A stretch of DNA of 45,196 nucleotides from Candidatus Enterenecus sp. (GCA_045589915.1 JAZNQA010000116.1:1-45196), one strand, 5' to 3'; counted from the stretch's first letter, positions 10,324 to 21,080 are shown. Program-made: numbers and translations. Notes: generated by a model from the sequence alone, not told the origin.

Positions 10324-12148
10324 GGTTGATATAATAGGGCCTCATCAGGCTCTTCTGCTGGGTGGAGTCCTTCTGCCGGTCGGAGCGCAGGGGCGCTTCG
10401 ATGGGGCGGGGACGGTCATTGCGGCGCTTTTTCTTTTTGTTGGACGGGGAAGGGGCCTGTTCCTGTCTGGGCTTGGGCTGCTCCTTCTTCGGCTGCTCCC
10501 GCTTGGACTGGGGCTTTTTCGCCGGTTGGGGGGCGGCGGTGGTGCGCCGGGGAGCCAGCAGCCGGGCGGTGGCATCCATGATGACATCGGAGTCCAGCGG
10601 GTTGGGCTTGTGGAACTCCGTGACCGGCATGGCGGGCTGGGCGGGCAGGGTGTCCTCCAGTCTGCCCTGACGCACCCCACGGTGGGAGGGCCGCTCACGG
10701 GAATAGACCGGCTGCACCTCCTCCCGCTCGACAGGGGCGGGGATGGGCGTGGGCGCAGCCACGGGGGCGGCGCTCTCCGCTCCGGCGGGCTTTTTCTTCC
10801 TGCGTTTCCGCTTCTTTTTGGCGGGCGCTTCCCCGGCGGCGGGAGCGGCCTGGGCTGCGGCAGCTTGGGCTGCCGCCTGCTTTCTCGCCTCGGCACGGGC
10901 CTTGTTTTCCGCATCCCGCTGGCGGCGCAGCTCCTTGGCGGCGGCACGGGCCTCGGCATCCTCGGCATTCACGGGGCGGCCGTTCTTATCCTTCTGGGGC
11001 GGGTCGAAGTTGGTCATGGGGAAGGGATGCCCATCCACCACGGGGATGGCCTTGCCCAGCAGCTTTTGAATGGCCTTCAGCTCATCCTTCTCGTCAAACT
11101 GGCAGAAGGAGATGGCCACGCCGTCGTGTCCGGCCCGACCGGTGCGCCCAATGCGGTGGACGTAGGTCTCCGGCACGTCGGGCAGGTTGTAGTTGAACAC
11201 ATGGGAAAGCTCCTCGATGTCAATGCCCCGGGCGGCGATGTCGGTGGCCACCAGCACCCGCACACGCCCCGCCTTGAAGTCGTTCAGGGCCTGTACACGG
11301 GCGGTCTGGCTCTTGTTGCCGTGGATGGCGGCGGCGGAGATGCCACGCTTGCCCAAGTCCTGGGCGATGCGGTTGGCGCCGTGCTTGGTGCGGGAGAACA
11401 CAAGGGCGGAGGGAATGTTCATCTCCTCCATGAGGTGAGCCAGCAGCTTGGTCTTGTTGGCTTTGTCCACATAGTAGAGGGACTGGCGGATGACCTCCAC
11501 CGGGGAGGACACGGGATCCACCGCCACACGAGCATAATCATGGAGCAGATCGTTCACCAGACCCATGACCTCGGGGGGCATGGTGGCGGAGAAAAAGAGG
11601 GTCTGCTTCTTGGCGGGGAGCAGCTTGATGACCCGCTTCACATCGTGGATGAAGCCCATGTCCAGCATACGGTCGGCTTCGTCCAGCACAAAAATTTCAA
11701 TGCGGGACAGATCCAGAAGACCCTGACCGTGAAGGTCAAGGAGTCGGCCGGGGGTGGCCACCAGAATGTCCAGCCCCTTGCGGATGGCGTCCACCTGGGG
11801 CTGCTGACCCACGCCGCCGAAGATGACGGCATGGCGCAGGGACAGGTTGCGGCCGTAGGCGGTGAAGCTGTCCCCGATCTGGATGGCCAGCTCACGGGTG
11901 GGGGTGAGGATGAGGGCACGGATGTGGCGGGGCTGGGGGTGCTTATCGCTCAGCCGCTGGAGGATGGGGGTGGCGAAGGCACAGGTCTTGCCCGTGCCGG
12001 TCTGGGCGCAGCCCAGCACGTCCCGACCGGCCAGCGCAGGGGGGATGGCCCCCTGCTGGATGGGGGTGGGGCGGGTGTAGCCCTCCTGCTTGAGGGCGCT
12101 CAGGATGGGGTCGATGAGACCTAACTGACGGAAATCCATATCATACAT
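10310..12148 (-). CDS. DEAD-box RNA helicase (RhlE-like) with long basic/Pro-rich tail
   Basis: [21 protein letters not shown] and HRIGRTGR motifs; start may be 12142. Confidence 0.95.
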   Translation of the reverse strand: MYDMDFRQLGLIDPILSALKQEGYTRPTPIQQGAIPPALAGRDVLGCAQTGTGKTCAFATPILQRLSDKHPQPRHIRALILTPTRELAIQIGDSFTAYGRNLSLRHAVIFGGVGQQPQVDAIRKGLDILVATPGRLLDLHGQGLLDLSRIEIFVLDEADRMLDMGFIHDVKRVIKLLPAKKQTLFFSATMPPEVMGLVNDLLHDYARVAVDPVSSPVEVIRQSLYYVDKANKTKLLAHLMEEMNIPSALVFSRTKHGANRIAQDLGKRGISAAAIHGNKSQTARVQALNDFKAGRVRVLVATDIAARGIDIEELSHVFNYNLPDVPETYVHRIGRTGRAGHDGVAISFCQFDEKDELKAIQKLLGKAIPVVDGHPFPMTNFDPPQKDKNGRPVNAEDAEARAAAKELRRQRDAENKARAEARKQAAAQAAAAQAAPAAGEAPAKKKRKRRKKKPAGAESAAPVAAPTPIPAPVEREEVQPVYSRERPSHRGVRQGRLEDTLPAQPAMPVTEFHKPNPLDSDVIMDATARLLAPRRTTAAPQPAKKPQSKREQPKKEQPKPRQEQAPSPSNKKKKRRNDRPRPIEAPLRSDRQKDSTQQKSLMRPYYINHDED

Positions 12149-12308
12149 TCCTTTACATCATAGAGCCGGCGTTTGATACAGGATACGCACGCATCACGGA
12201 AATATTGTCCACATTCCTGGCCTGCGATACCTTGAGCCGTGCCGGCAGCGGCTCATAATATGACAGTATATTATACCAGATAAATTTTCATGACGCAACC
12301 GGTGGAGC

Positions 12309-12930
12309 GTGCAGAATGCAGAATGGATGGACGATTCCAAAAGCCTCCCCTGTGTAAGGGGAGGTGGCTCCGAAGGAGCCGGAGGGGTTGTGCGTTGGAG
12401 GACAATCCCCCAGTCATGGCTTCGCCATGCCAGCCCCCTTTACACAAGGGGGCCTTTCGGGCGCACACATAGGTGCGCCCCTACGGCAAAGCCATCCTAT
12501 ATCCCTGTGGAGGCCGCCGCCCTCGGCAGCTCTGAGCACACGGCCCGATGAGGGCATCGGGCCCTACGCAATACCTGCAAGACGTCCCGTAGGGGCGCAC
12601 CTGTGTGTGCGCCCGTATTCACCTCTCAGTCAGCTTCGCTGACAGCTCCCCTCAAGGGGAGCCTTTGAAGTGTGCTCCCCTTCATTCTGCATTCCTGCAT
12701 TCGGCATTTTTCTCCCCTCATCCGTCATTTGCTTCGCAAATGCCACCTTCCCCACAGGGGAAGGCTTTGGGGGTCGTCTGGGACGCCGACCCCTACGAAC
12801 CATTTTGCAGGTCTGCCGTAGGGGCGGCTCCCAGAGCCGCCCGTTTCACACCTCTCCGCCTCGCTGCGCTCGGCACCTCCCCTCAAGGGGAGGCTTTGGG
12901 GCGATCACCCATTCTGCATTCTGCATTCTC
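12309..12930. repeat. Mosaic repeat cluster
   Basis: Inverted B pair 12341-12454 (reverse complement of 1252-1365), six A REPs, further B repeats and 7-mer tracts. Confidence 0.9.
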
Positions 12931-12937
12931 TACGGTG

Positions 12938-12966
12938 TTGAATCACCCCGCCTTTCGTGGTATAAT
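12938..12966 (+). promoter_or_regulatory. SigA promoter for mnmA
   Basis: TTGAAT, 17-nt spacer, TG-extended TATAAT. Confidence 0.8.
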
Positions 12967-13001
12967 ACGCTGTAAAATTATCGGCAGGGGGGTGAGCGGC
13001 C

Positions 13002-14024
13002 ATGGGCAAAGAAAAAGTCGTGCTGGGTCTGTCCGGCGGGGTGGACTCGGCGGTGGCCGCTCTGCGCCTGCTGGAGATGGGCTACGAGGTACACGCCCTC
13101 TATCTGGACATCGGTCTGGGCGGGGCAGATGGGGCACGGGAAGCCGCCGCTCAGTTGGGGTTGCCCTTCGCCGTGGCCAGCATCGCCCACGAGCTGGAGC
13201 GGCACGTCTGCCAGCCCTTCTACGACGATTATCTGGCCGGACGCACCCCCATCCCCTGCGCCCGATGCAACCCGTCGGTGAAGTTCCCCGCCCTGCTGCG
13301 CCACGCCGATGAGCTGGGCGCACCCTTCGTCGCCACCGGCCACTACGCCCGCATCGGGCAGGGTGGGGACGGGCTGCCCGTCCTCCTGCGGGGAATGCCG
13401 GGCAACGACCAGTCCTATATGCTGGCCCGCCTGCCCCGCACCATGCTGGGGCGTATCCTGTTCCCCCTGGGGGACGTGGAGAAGCCCGCCACACGCCAAC
13501 AGGCAGACAGGGCAGGTCTGGCCGCCGCCCAGCGTCCCGATTCCATGGAGATCTGCTTCATCCCTGACAACAACTACGCCGCCTGGCTGGATCGCCGTGG
13601 AGGCACACCCCCACCGGGGAATTTTGTGGACAGCGAGGGCAACATACTGGGCACACACAAGGGCATCCACCACTACACGCTGGGGCAGCGCCGTGGGCTG
13701 GGCATCTCATCCACGGGGCGGCTGTTCGTGTCCGCCATTCGTCCTGACCGAAACGAGGTCGTCCTCTCCCACGGGGAGGGGCTCCACGCCGACACGGTGC
13801 GCTGCGGCGGGCTCAACTGGCTGGCGGAGGGGGAGCCGGATGCTCCCCGCGCCGTCACCGTCCGGCTGCGCCACTCCCGACGGGAGGACGGCGCCACCCT
13901 CATCCCCCTTGGAGGGGGACAGGTGGAACTGCGCATGGAGCGCCCCGCCCGTGCCCCCACGCCGGGTCAGCTTGCGGTGTTTTATGACGGTCAGCAGGTT
14001 TTGGGAAGCGGGTGGATCTTATGA
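13002..14024 (+). CDS. mnmA: tRNA-specific 2-thiouridylase
   Basis: LSGGVDS, TPIPCARCN, ATGHYA, DQSYML, YTLGQRRG and TPGQ motifs. Confidence 0.95.
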   Translation: MGKEKVVLGLSGGVDSAVAALRLLEMGYEVHALYLDIGLGGADGAREAAAQLGLPFAVASIAHELERHVCQPFYDDYLAGRTPIPCARCNPSVKFPALLRHADELGAPFVATGHYARIGQGGDGLPVLLRGMPGNDQSYMLARLPRTMLGRILFPLGDVEKPATRQQADRAGLAAAQRPDSMEICFIPDNNYAAWLDRRGGTPPPGNFVDSEGNILGTHKGIHHYTLGQRRGLGISSTGRLFVSAIRPDRNEVVLSHGEGLHADTVRCGGLNWLAEGEPDAPRAVTVRLRHSRREDGATLIPLGGGQVELRMERPARAPTPGQLAVFYDGQQVLGSGWIL

Positions 14025-14248
14025 AACCCAATGTACTTGTCATCTGCGGCCCCTCCCCATGGCGCAAGCGCCACGGGGACCCCATTTGATTTTTCCTGCG
14101 CAGGCGAAGTGAATTCGCCTTTGCGCCAAGGTTTTCGCATTGCGAAAACCCTTGTACGGTGCTTGCGCACCGCCCCACTTCGCGGGGCCCCGCCGTGGGG
14201 CCTGAAGGAGGCTTTATGAAACCCAATGTACTTGTCATCTGCGGCCCC
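14019..14248 (+). mobile_element. ~160-bp multi-hairpin insertion flanked by a 35-bp direct repeat of the miaA start
   Basis: TTATGAAACCCAATGTACTTGTCATCTGCGGCCCC at 14019-14053 and 14214-14248; five or more hairpins lie between. Confidence 0.75.
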
Positions 14249-15160
14249 ACGGCATCGGGCAAGACCGCCCTTGCGGTGGCGCTGGCTCAGGAATTTGGCG
14301 GCGAGGTGGTGTCTGCCGACTCCATGCAGATCTACCGCCGCATGGACATCGGCACCGCCAAGCCCACGCCGGAGGAAATGGCGGGCATCCCCCACCACAT
14401 GATCGACGTGGCCGAGCCGGAGGAAAATTTCTCGGTGGCCCGCTATGTGGAACAGGCCGTGCCCATCGTGGACGACATCCTCGCCCGTGGAAAACTGCCC
14501 ATCATCGCAGGCGGCACCGGGCTGTATATCGACAACCTCATTGCCGGACGGCAGTTTGCCCCCTTTGAGGAAAACAGCGGGCTGCGTGAGGGGCTTCAGC
14601 AGCGGGTCAAAACCGAAGGTCTGCCCGTACTGCTGGAGGAGCTGCGCTCGGTGGATCCGCAGGCCGCCCAGCGGCTCCACCCCAACGATGAAAAGCGCAT
14701 CATCCGTGCGCTGGAGGTATGGCTGTCCACCGGCAAGACCATCACCCAACACAACGAGGAGACAAAAGCCCTCCCCAACCGCTACACCCCCCTCACCATT
14801 GCCCTCAACTTCAGGGAGCGCCCCCACCTGTGGCAGCGCATTGACCGACGGGTGGACGAGATGATGGCGCAAGGTCTGGAGGGAGAGGTGCGCCGGCTGC
14901 TGGCCGACGGCGTCCCCGCCCAATGCACCGCCATGCAGGCCATCGGCTACAAGGAGATGGCCGCCGCTATTCTGGAGGGCCGTCCCATGGGGGAGGGGGC
15001 AGAGGAGGTCAAGCTGCGCTCCCGCCAGTACGCCAAGAGGCAGCTTACATGGTTTAGACGCAATGGGGATGCCCACTGGCTGCTCTGGGAGGAAAAACCA
15101 AATTTTTCCTCCGGCTTGGATTTTTCGACAGAACTCGTCCGCACCTCTGGATTACAATAA
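14216..15160 (+). CDS. miaA: tRNA dimethylallyltransferase
   Basis: GPTASGKT, SADSMQIY, GGTGLY, QAIGYKE and QYAKRQLTW motifs; AAGGAGG RBS at 14205-14211. Confidence 0.97.
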   Translation: MKPNVLVICGPTASGKTALAVALAQEFGGEVVSADSMQIYRRMDIGTAKPTPEEMAGIPHHMIDVAEPEENFSVARYVEQAVPIVDDILARGKLPIIAGGTGLYIDNLIAGRQFAPFEENSGLREGLQQRVKTEGLPVLLEELRSVDPQAAQRLHPNDEKRIIRALEVWLSTGKTITQHNEETKALPNRYTPLTIALNFRERPHLWQRIDRRVDEMMAQGLEGEVRRLLADGVPAQCTAMQAIGYKEMAAAILEGRPMGEGAEEVKLRSRQYAKRQLTWFRRNGDAHWLLWEEKPNFSSGLDFSTELVRTSGLQ

Positions 15161-15216
15161 CGGCACTCCCGAACAGGAGCCTGTTCGGAAATATACAATA
15201 AGGAGTGTACGTTATT

Positions 15217-15462
15217 ATGAGTTTTACCGCAGTTGCCGTGGGCAAGCAGCCCAATGTTCAGGACAGTTTTCTCGCCTGTGCCCGCCGTCTGGCGGCGAGG
15301 GTGACCGTGTTCCTCATGAACGGGTACCAGCTCCGTGGGGTCATCACCGCCTTTGACCCCTATGTGGTGGTGCTGGTGTCCGATGGGAGGCAGCAGGTCA
15401 TTTACAAGCACGCCATCTCCACCATTGCGCCGGAGCATCCCATCAATTTGGAACATGAGTGA
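15217..15462 (+). CDS. hfq: RNA chaperone Hfq
   Basis: NVQDSFL, VFLMNGYQLRG and IYKHAIST motifs; conserved miaA-hfq linkage. Confidence 0.93.
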   Translation: MSFTAVAVGKQPNVQDSFLACARRLAARVTVFLMNGYQLRGVITAFDPYVVVLVSDGRQQVIYKHAISTIAPEHPINLEHE

Positions 15463-15467
15463 GGGGT

Positions 15468-15935
15468 GACCTCATCCGTCACCGCCTGCGGCGGCCCAAG
15501 CGGGCGGGTTTAGAACCCGCCCCTACGGCGGTGTTCGGCGGTGCGCTGTAGGGGCGCACCTGTGTGTGCGCCCAAATACGGGCGGGCCGGTGTCCCGCCC
15601 CTACGGCAGACCATCAAACCTGCCTGTGGGGGCCGCCGCCCTCGGCGGCTTATGCGGGCGGGTTTAGAACCCGCCCCTACGGCGGTGTTCGGTGGTGCGC
15701 TGTAGGGGCGCACCTGCGTGTGCGCCCGAACACACCTCTCAGTCAGCTTCGCTGACAGCTCCCCTCAAGGGGAGCCTTTAGGGGTGCGGTCAGCCATTTT
15801 GCATTCCCTGCATTCTGCATTTCTCTCCCCTCATCCGTCACGGCCTCGCCGTGCCACCTTCCCCCAGGGGAAGGCTTTTGGGCGGGCCGATGTGGGCATC
15901 GGCCCCTACGGAATTGTCCATTATCAATTATCACT
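15468..15935. repeat. Mosaic repeat cluster
   Basis: Duplicated A-REP doublet (~15500-15572 and ~15655-15728), B repeats and 7-mer tracts. Confidence 0.9.
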
Positions 15936-15966
15936 TCCCCTCAGACAGAAAAAAAGGAATGATCCC

Positions 15967-17229
15967 ATGAAAGAAAGCACCCTTGCCACAAAGATCATGA
16001 TCGGCGTCCTGTGCGGCGGCGTACTGCTGTACTTAGCCCTGTATTTCCTGCTGGGCAGGCGGGATGACCTGGCCACCACCACGGCATATACCTACACCGT
16101 CAGCGTGGGCGCCGAGGCCTCCGCCCTCACCGTGCGGGAGGAACAGGTACTCTCCCAGTCGGGCAGTTATGTGGAGCAGGTGCTGTCCGAGGGGGAAAAG
16201 ACCTCTGCGGGGGAGGCGGTGGCCCTCATCTACTCCGATCCCTCTGCGCTGGACACCAGACAGGCCATCGCCACCCTCACCGCCGAGATCGAGCAGCTCA
16301 ACTACGCCCTCTCCGCCGGCACCCAGAGCACCGACCTCACCAGACTGGACGACATGGTCATTGACTCCGTGGTCAGCCTGCGTGCCCTCACCGCTTCGGG
16401 CGACCTGTCGGCGCTGGAGGATTCCGCCCTCAACCTGCGCACCATGGTGTTTCGTCGGGACTACTCCTCCGGCAACACCGATGCCGCAGGGGAGCTGGCC
16501 CAGCTCATCCGGGACAAGCAGGCCGAGCTGGACGCCCTGAACCGTTCCTTCCATCAGGTGGCGCAGACGGTGTATGCCCCCACAGCCGGTGTCTTCTCCG
16601 GCTCTGTGGACGGGTTTGAGGGGCGCATCCGCCCCGATATGCTGGACAGGCTCACCGTGGACGGGCTGACCGCCCTGCTGGGGCAGGCTCCCCTGGCGGA
16701 GAGCAGCGCCGCAGGCAAGATCATCGTGGGCTCCACCTGGTATCTGGCCGCCCTGCTGGACAGCGAGGACGCCCACGGGCTCACGAAGGGACACACCTAC
16801 ACCGTGTCCTTCTCCCACGACTATTACGGCGATGTGGAGATGAAGCTGGAGCGCATCGAAACTCAGGGCGAGCGCACCATGGTCATCCTGTCCTCCCGCA
16901 CCAAGCTGGCGGACACCACCCTGCTGCGCCTGCAAACGGTGGACATCGTCACCCAGCGGGTGGAGGGCATCCGCATCCCCCGCAAGGCCCTTCGGGTGGA
17001 GACACAGGAGGTCACCGCCGAGGACGGCACCACCTCCACCGTCAACCACTACGGCGTGTACACCGTGGTGGGCAAACAGGCGGAATGGCAGGAGGTGGAG
17101 GTGCTCCACAGCAGGGACACCTTCTATCTGGTTCGCCCGGCGGACGAGTCCACGGCCAGCCATCTGCGGGCGGGGGATCTGGTGATCCTGTCCTCCTCCG
17201 GCATCTATGACGGAAAGGTGGTGCGCTGA
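15967..17229 (+). CDS. Membrane-anchored HlyD/membrane-fusion-like hypothetical protein
   Basis: N-terminal TM, coiled segment, APTAGVFS and GIRIPRKAL motifs; stop overlaps the yggS start. Confidence 0.75.
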   Translation: MKESTLATKIMIGVLCGGVLLYLALYFLLGRRDDLATTTAYTYTVSVGAEASALTVREEQVLSQSGSYVEQVLSEGEKTSAGEAVALIYSDPSALDTRQAIATLTAEIEQLNYALSAGTQSTDLTRLDDMVIDSVVSLRALTASGDLSALEDSALNLRTMVFRRDYSSGNTDAAGELAQLIRDKQAELDALNRSFHQVAQTVYAPTAGVFSGSVDGFEGRIRPDMLDRLTVDGLTALLGQAPLAESSAAGKIIVGSTWYLAALLDSEDAHGLTKGHTYTVSFSHDYYGDVEMKLERIETQGERTMVILSSRTKLADTTLLRLQTVDIVTQRVEGIRIPRKALRVETQEVTAEDGTTSTVNHYGVYTVVGKQAEWQEVEVLHSRDTFYLVRPADESTASHLRAGDLVILSSSGIYDGKVVR

Positions 17230-17945
17230 TGGAACTGGAACAGCGCCTGGCCCGCATTCGGGCTGACATCGCTGCGGCGGCTGCCGCCTGCGGCCGTGAC
17301 GGGGCGGACATCACCCTGGTGGCCGCCACCAAGACCCAGAGCGGGGACACCATTCGCCGTGCCATCGCCGCCGGCATCACCGTATGCGGCGAAAATCGGG
17401 TGCAGGAGCTCACCGCCCATCTGGAGGAACACGCCTACGAGGGGGCGGACATCCACTTCATCGGCCACCTCCAGACCAACAAGGTGAAGTTCGTGGTGGG
17501 CAAGGTGAGCCTCATCCACTCGGTGTCCTCGGAAAAGCTGCTGCTGGCCATTGACAGACAGGCGGAAAAGCTGGGCATCGTGCAGGACATTTTGCTGGAG
17601 GTCAACCTCGCCGGAGAGGAGAGCAAGTCCGGTTTCACCCCGGAGCAGACCGTGGCTGCAGCACGACTGGCAGCCGCAGCCCCCCATGTCCGGCTGCGGG
17701 GCCTGATGTGCATCCCTCCTGCGGCCCGTGAAGCGGGCGAAAATCTTCCTCATTTTTCAAATTTGGCCCGCTTGGCTGTTGACATAAGACGGGAAATAGG
17801 CGATAATGAAGCAGATATGGTATATCTGTCCATGGGAATGAGCAATGACTATCAAGATGCTGTGGCTGCCGGAGCCACCCATATCCGCCTCGGCACCGCT
17901 CTGTTCGGTCCCCGCCCGCCCATGGGTGACCAAAGAAACATTTGA
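17229..17945 (+). CDS. yggS: PLP homeostasis protein (YggS/YlmE)
   Basis: LVAATK, GENRVQE, HFIGHLQTNKV, LSMGMSND and RLGTALFG motifs. Confidence 0.96.
   Translation: MELEQRLARIRADIAAAAAACGRDGADITLVAATKTQSGDTIRRAIAAGITVCGENRVQELTAHLEEHAYEGADIHFIGHLQTNKVKFVVGKVSLIHSVSSEKLLLAIDRQAEKLGIVQDILLEVNLAGEESKSGFTPEQTVAAARLAAAAPHVRLRGLMCIPPAAREAGENLPHFSNLARLAVDIRREIGDNEADMVYLSMGMSNDYQDAVAAGATHIRLGTALFGPRPPMGDQRNI
17779..17807 (+). promoter_or_regulatory. Internal SigA promoter within yggS for sepF-divIVA
   Basis: TTGACA, 17-nt spacer, GATAAT, in an AT-richer 3' part of yggS. Confidence 0.6.
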
Positions 17946-17960
17946 AGGGAGCATCTGTCT

Positions 17961-18386
17961 ATGAGTTTTTTGGACGAGCTGAAGCGCCTTGCCCGCCCCT
18001 ATGAGGACGAGGAGGAGGAGGAATTCCAGGAGGAGTTCGCCCCCGTGACCACCAAGCCCAACGCCCGTGAGCTGGAGCGCCGCAACAAGGTGGTCAACAT
18101 CCACACCACCACCCAGCTTCAGGTGGTGCTGGTGAAGCCGGAGCGCTTTGAGAACGCCTCCGAGATCGCCGACCACCTGCGGGACAAGCGCACCGTGGTG
18201 CTCAACCTGGAGCAGACCGACAAGACCATTGCCCGCCGCCTCATCGACTTTTTGTCCGGCGTGGCCTATGCCAACGAGGGTACGATCAAGAAGGTGGCGC
18301 TGGCGACCTACATCATCACCCCCTATAACGTGGAGATCCTGGGCGATCTCATTGACGAGCTGGAAAACAACGGCCTGTATTTCTAA
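17961..18386 (+). CDS. sepF: Cell division protein SepF
   Basis: VVLNLE...ARRLIDFLSG motif; position between yggS and divIVA. Confidence 0.95.
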   Translation: MSFLDELKRLARPYEDEEEEEFQEEFAPVTTKPNARELERRNKVVNIHTTTQLQVVLVKPERFENASEIADHLRDKRTVVLNLEQTDKTIARRLIDFLSGVAYANEGTIKKVALATYIITPYNVEILGDLIDELENNGLYF

Positions 18387-18420
18387 ATCCTGTACACAGA
18401 ATAGAAGGGGGAAATGACCG

Positions 18421-19098
18421 ATGCTCACTCCGCAGGAAGTGGCGAGCCACGCCTTTTCCAAAGCCACCCTGGGCGGCTACAATATGGCCATGGTGGATGA
18501 GTTCCTCGACCTGCTCACCGAGGACTATACCGCCCTGTATAACGAGAACGCCATCCTCAAGGGCAAGCTGAAGGTGCTGTCCGAAACGGTGGAGGAATAC
18601 CGTGCCACCGATAACGCCATGCGAAAGACCCTGCTGGCCGCCCAGCAGATGGCCGAGTCCATGATCTCCGAGGCGGAACAGAAGAAGGAGGAACTGGTGA
18701 AGGAGGCGGAGGAAAGCGCCAACGCCCGCATTGCCGAGCTGAACGCAGCCGTGGCTGCCGAGGAGTTCCGCCTGAAGCAGGCGCAGGAATCCACCGCCGC
18801 CTATGTCCGCAAGCTCCATGCCGCCCACGAGGCGGAGATGGAGTTCCTCTCCCAGCTTGGTGAGCTGGTGCCCCCCGCCGCCCAGCAGGACGCCGCCGCC
18901 GACATCGAGGCATCCGTGGCCGCTCTGCTGTCCGAGGAGAAGGAGGAGGCCCCCGCCCCCGACCTGTCCGCCGAGACCGCCGTGTTCACCCCTGTGACCG
19001 AAGTGCAGGCGGAGGAGCCGCCCGCCGAGGAGCTTGATCCCAACGCCACCCGCCGTTTTGAGGACCTGCAGTTCGGCAAGGACTACGAGATCCTGTAA
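18421..19098 (+). CDS. divIVA: DivIVA-domain protein
   Basis: MLTPQEV...F....GGY....VDEFLD followed by a coiled coil. Confidence 0.92.
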   Translation: MLTPQEVASHAFSKATLGGYNMAMVDEFLDLLTEDYTALYNENAILKGKLKVLSETVEEYRATDNAMRKTLLAAQQMAESMISEAEQKKEELVKEAEESANARIAELNAAVAAEEFRLKQAQESTAAYVRKLHAAHEAEMEFLSQLGELVPPAAQQDAAADIEASVAALLSEEKEEAPAPDLSAETAVFTPVTEVQAEEPPAEELDPNATRRFEDLQFGKDYEIL

Positions 19099-19104
19099 AT
19101 GCAA

Positions 19105-19139
19105 GCATCCCCGTTCCCTTGGGAACGGGGGTGTTTTTT
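19105..19139 (+). terminator. Intrinsic terminator after divIVA
   Basis: CCCCGTTCCC...GGGAACGGGG stem followed by a T-tract. Confidence 0.85.
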
Positions 19140-19149
19140 GCGCTCAAAT

Positions 19150-19678
19150 GCGGGCGGGCCGGTGTGGGCATCGGCCCCTACGACAGACCACCAAGCTTGC
19201 CTGTGGGGGCCGCCGCCCTCGGCGGCCCATTCGGGCGAGGAAACCCGCCTCTACTGCACCACCTGCGAGATACACCGTAGGGGCGCACCTGTGTGTGCGC
19301 CCGTTTGACACCTCATCCGCCTGCCCTGCGGGCAGCCACCTTCCCCTCAAGGGGAAGGCTTTTTGGCTTCCCCTCCGGGGAAGCTGTCGAGCGCAGCGAG
19401 ACTGATGAGGGCGTTGCAGGATGCAGGATCCCCGTAGGGCAAGGGCTCTGCCCTTGCCGTGGTTTTGCGGGCCGATGTGGGCATCGGCCCGTACAAACCA
19501 GTTTTCGGGTCTGCCGTAGGGGCGGCTCCCAGAGCCGCCCGTTTGACACCTCTCAGTCAGCTTCGCTGACAGCTCCCCTCAAGGGGAGCCTTTAGGGGTG
19601 CAGTGATTCATTCTGCATTTCCTGCATTCTGCATTCTTCCTCCCTTATCCGTCACGGCTTCGCCGGAGGGGAAGGCAA
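19150..19678. repeat. Mosaic repeat cluster between the convergent divIVA and ricT genes
   Basis: Several A REPs, four B repeats (the last internally deleted) and a CATTCTG tract. Confidence 0.9.
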
Positions 19679-19682
19679 ATGA

Positions 19683-19717
19683 ACACCCCCAAGGGAACAA
19701 ATGCTCCCTTGGGGGTT
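19683..19717 (-). terminator. Hairpin after ricT
   Basis: CCCCCAAGGGA...TCCCTTGGGGG stem. Confidence 0.6.
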
Positions 19718-19721
19718 ACTT

Positions 19722-20960
19722 TTACTGCTGATTCCCGCCGGAATGACCGCCCTCGGCGGGTTTCTTCTTGCGGTAATGGGGGCGATGGCGATGGTTGCGG
19801 CGCTTCTGCTCGCCGGAGGGCTTCTGCTGCCCCTCCCCGACGGGAGCGGGCTGAGGCTTGGGGGCGGTCTTGGGCTGCTGCTTTTGCTGCTGGGGCTGCT
19901 GTTTGGGCTGCTGTTTGGGCTGGGGCTGCTGCCCGCCCTCCTTCTTGCCGCTGCGGTGGCGGCGGTGACGGCTGTGGCGGGGCTTCTCGTCCTCCTGTCG
20001 GGTCTCGCCCAGGTACTGCTCCAGTTTGGCGGCCAGATCTCCCGCCTCACCAAAGCGGCGGGGGGCACGCTCCTCCTCCGGGGGGATATAGCGCAGCTTC
20101 TCCAGCTCCGCCTTGGAGGGAGCCACATAGTCCTCAGGCCGCTTGCCTTTGCCGCTGCGCACCACACGGATCTCGCTGGTGCGGTAGGTCTTGGGCTGCT
20201 CGCTGGAGTCCTCCAGCCGCACCTTCACCTGCTCCTTCAGCAGATTGACAGCGGACACGGTGCCCACCCCGTCGGGACACTCCACGAAGGATTCCTGCTT
20301 GGGGCAGCGCTTCACCGCATCCTCATAGGCGTCCTGCTCGTACTTCAGGCAGCACATCAGCCGCCCACAGGTGCCGGAAATTTTGGTGGGGTTGAGGGAG
20401 AGGTTCTGGGTCTTGGCCATTTTGATGGACACAGGCTGGAACTCCTCCAAAAACTGATGGCAGCAGAAGGGCTTACCGCAGATGCCCAGACCGCCCAGCA
20501 TCCGTGCCTCGTCACGGACACCGATCTGCCGCAGCTCGATGCGGGCACGGAAGATGCCCGCCAGATCCTTCACCAGCGCACGGAAGTCCACACGGCCCTC
20601 CGAGGTGAAGAAGAAGATGATTTTGGAGCCGTCGAAGCTGTACTCCACGCTGACCAGCTTCATGTCCAGCCCGTGGCGCTCCACCAACTGCTGGCACACC
20701 CGCAGGGCTTCCTTCTCCTTTTTGCGGTTGTCGGCCACCTGCTTTTCGTCCCTGTCGGTGGCCAGACGCACCAGGGGGCGCAGGGGCTGCACCACCGCCT
20801 CGTCATTGACGAAACCGTTGGGGCGGGTGCAGGTGCCGTATTCCAGGCCCTTGCCCGTCTCCACGATGACGGCCTGCCCCTCGGCCACGGTCATGCCCTT
20901 GGGGTCGAAATAATACTGTTTTCCGCCCGCTTTGAAGCGGACGCCGATGATCTCTGTCAT
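19722..20960 (-). CDS. ricT: PSP1-domain protein RicT/YaaT with basic low-complexity tail
   Basis: GRVDFRALVK, RIELRQIGVRDEA and KISGTCGRLMCCLKYE motifs; GGAGGA RBS. Confidence 0.93.
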   Translation of the reverse strand: MTEIIGVRFKAGGKQYYFDPKGMTVAEGQAVIVETGKGLEYGTCTRPNGFVNDEAVVQPLRPLVRLATDRDEKQVADNRKKEKEALRVCQQLVERHGLDMKLVSVEYSFDGSKIIFFFTSEGRVDFRALVKDLAGIFRARIELRQIGVRDEARMLGGLGICGKPFCCHQFLEEFQPVSIKMAKTQNLSLNPTKISGTCGRLMCCLKYEQDAYEDAVKRCPKQESFVECPDGVGTVSAVNLLKEQVKVRLEDSSEQPKTYRTSEIRVVRSGKGKRPEDYVAPSKAELEKLRYIPPEEERAPRRFGEAGDLAAKLEQYLGETRQEDEKPRHSRHRRHRSGKKEGGQQPQPKQQPKQQPQQQKQQPKTAPKPQPAPVGEGQQKPSGEQKRRNHRHRPHYRKKKPAEGGHSGGNQQ

Positions 20961-20977
20961 GGTTGTCCTCCGTATCA

Positions 20978-21080
20978 GCCTCCCCTTGAGGGGAGGTGGC
21001 ATTTGCGAAGCAAATGACGGAGAGGTGAACGGTATGACCTCTCAGTCAGCTTCGCTGACAGCTCCCCTGAAAGGGGAGCC
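20978..21080. repeat. Inverted family-B pair inside the holB-ricT operon
   Basis: GCCTCCCC...GGAGAGGTG, short spacer, ACCTCTCAGTCAG...GGGGAGCC. Confidence 0.9.

Noticed and set aside
15169-15188. LexA box upstream of hfq
   Set aside because: CGAAC and GTTCG are 8 nt apart rather than 4; more likely a simple hairpin.
15718-15966. N-terminal extensions in the ORF track (also mnmG, miaA, ricT, yaaO-like, rpmH, gyrB)
   Set aside because: The extensions run through repeats or leaders; downstream starts have RBSs or family-typical N-termini.
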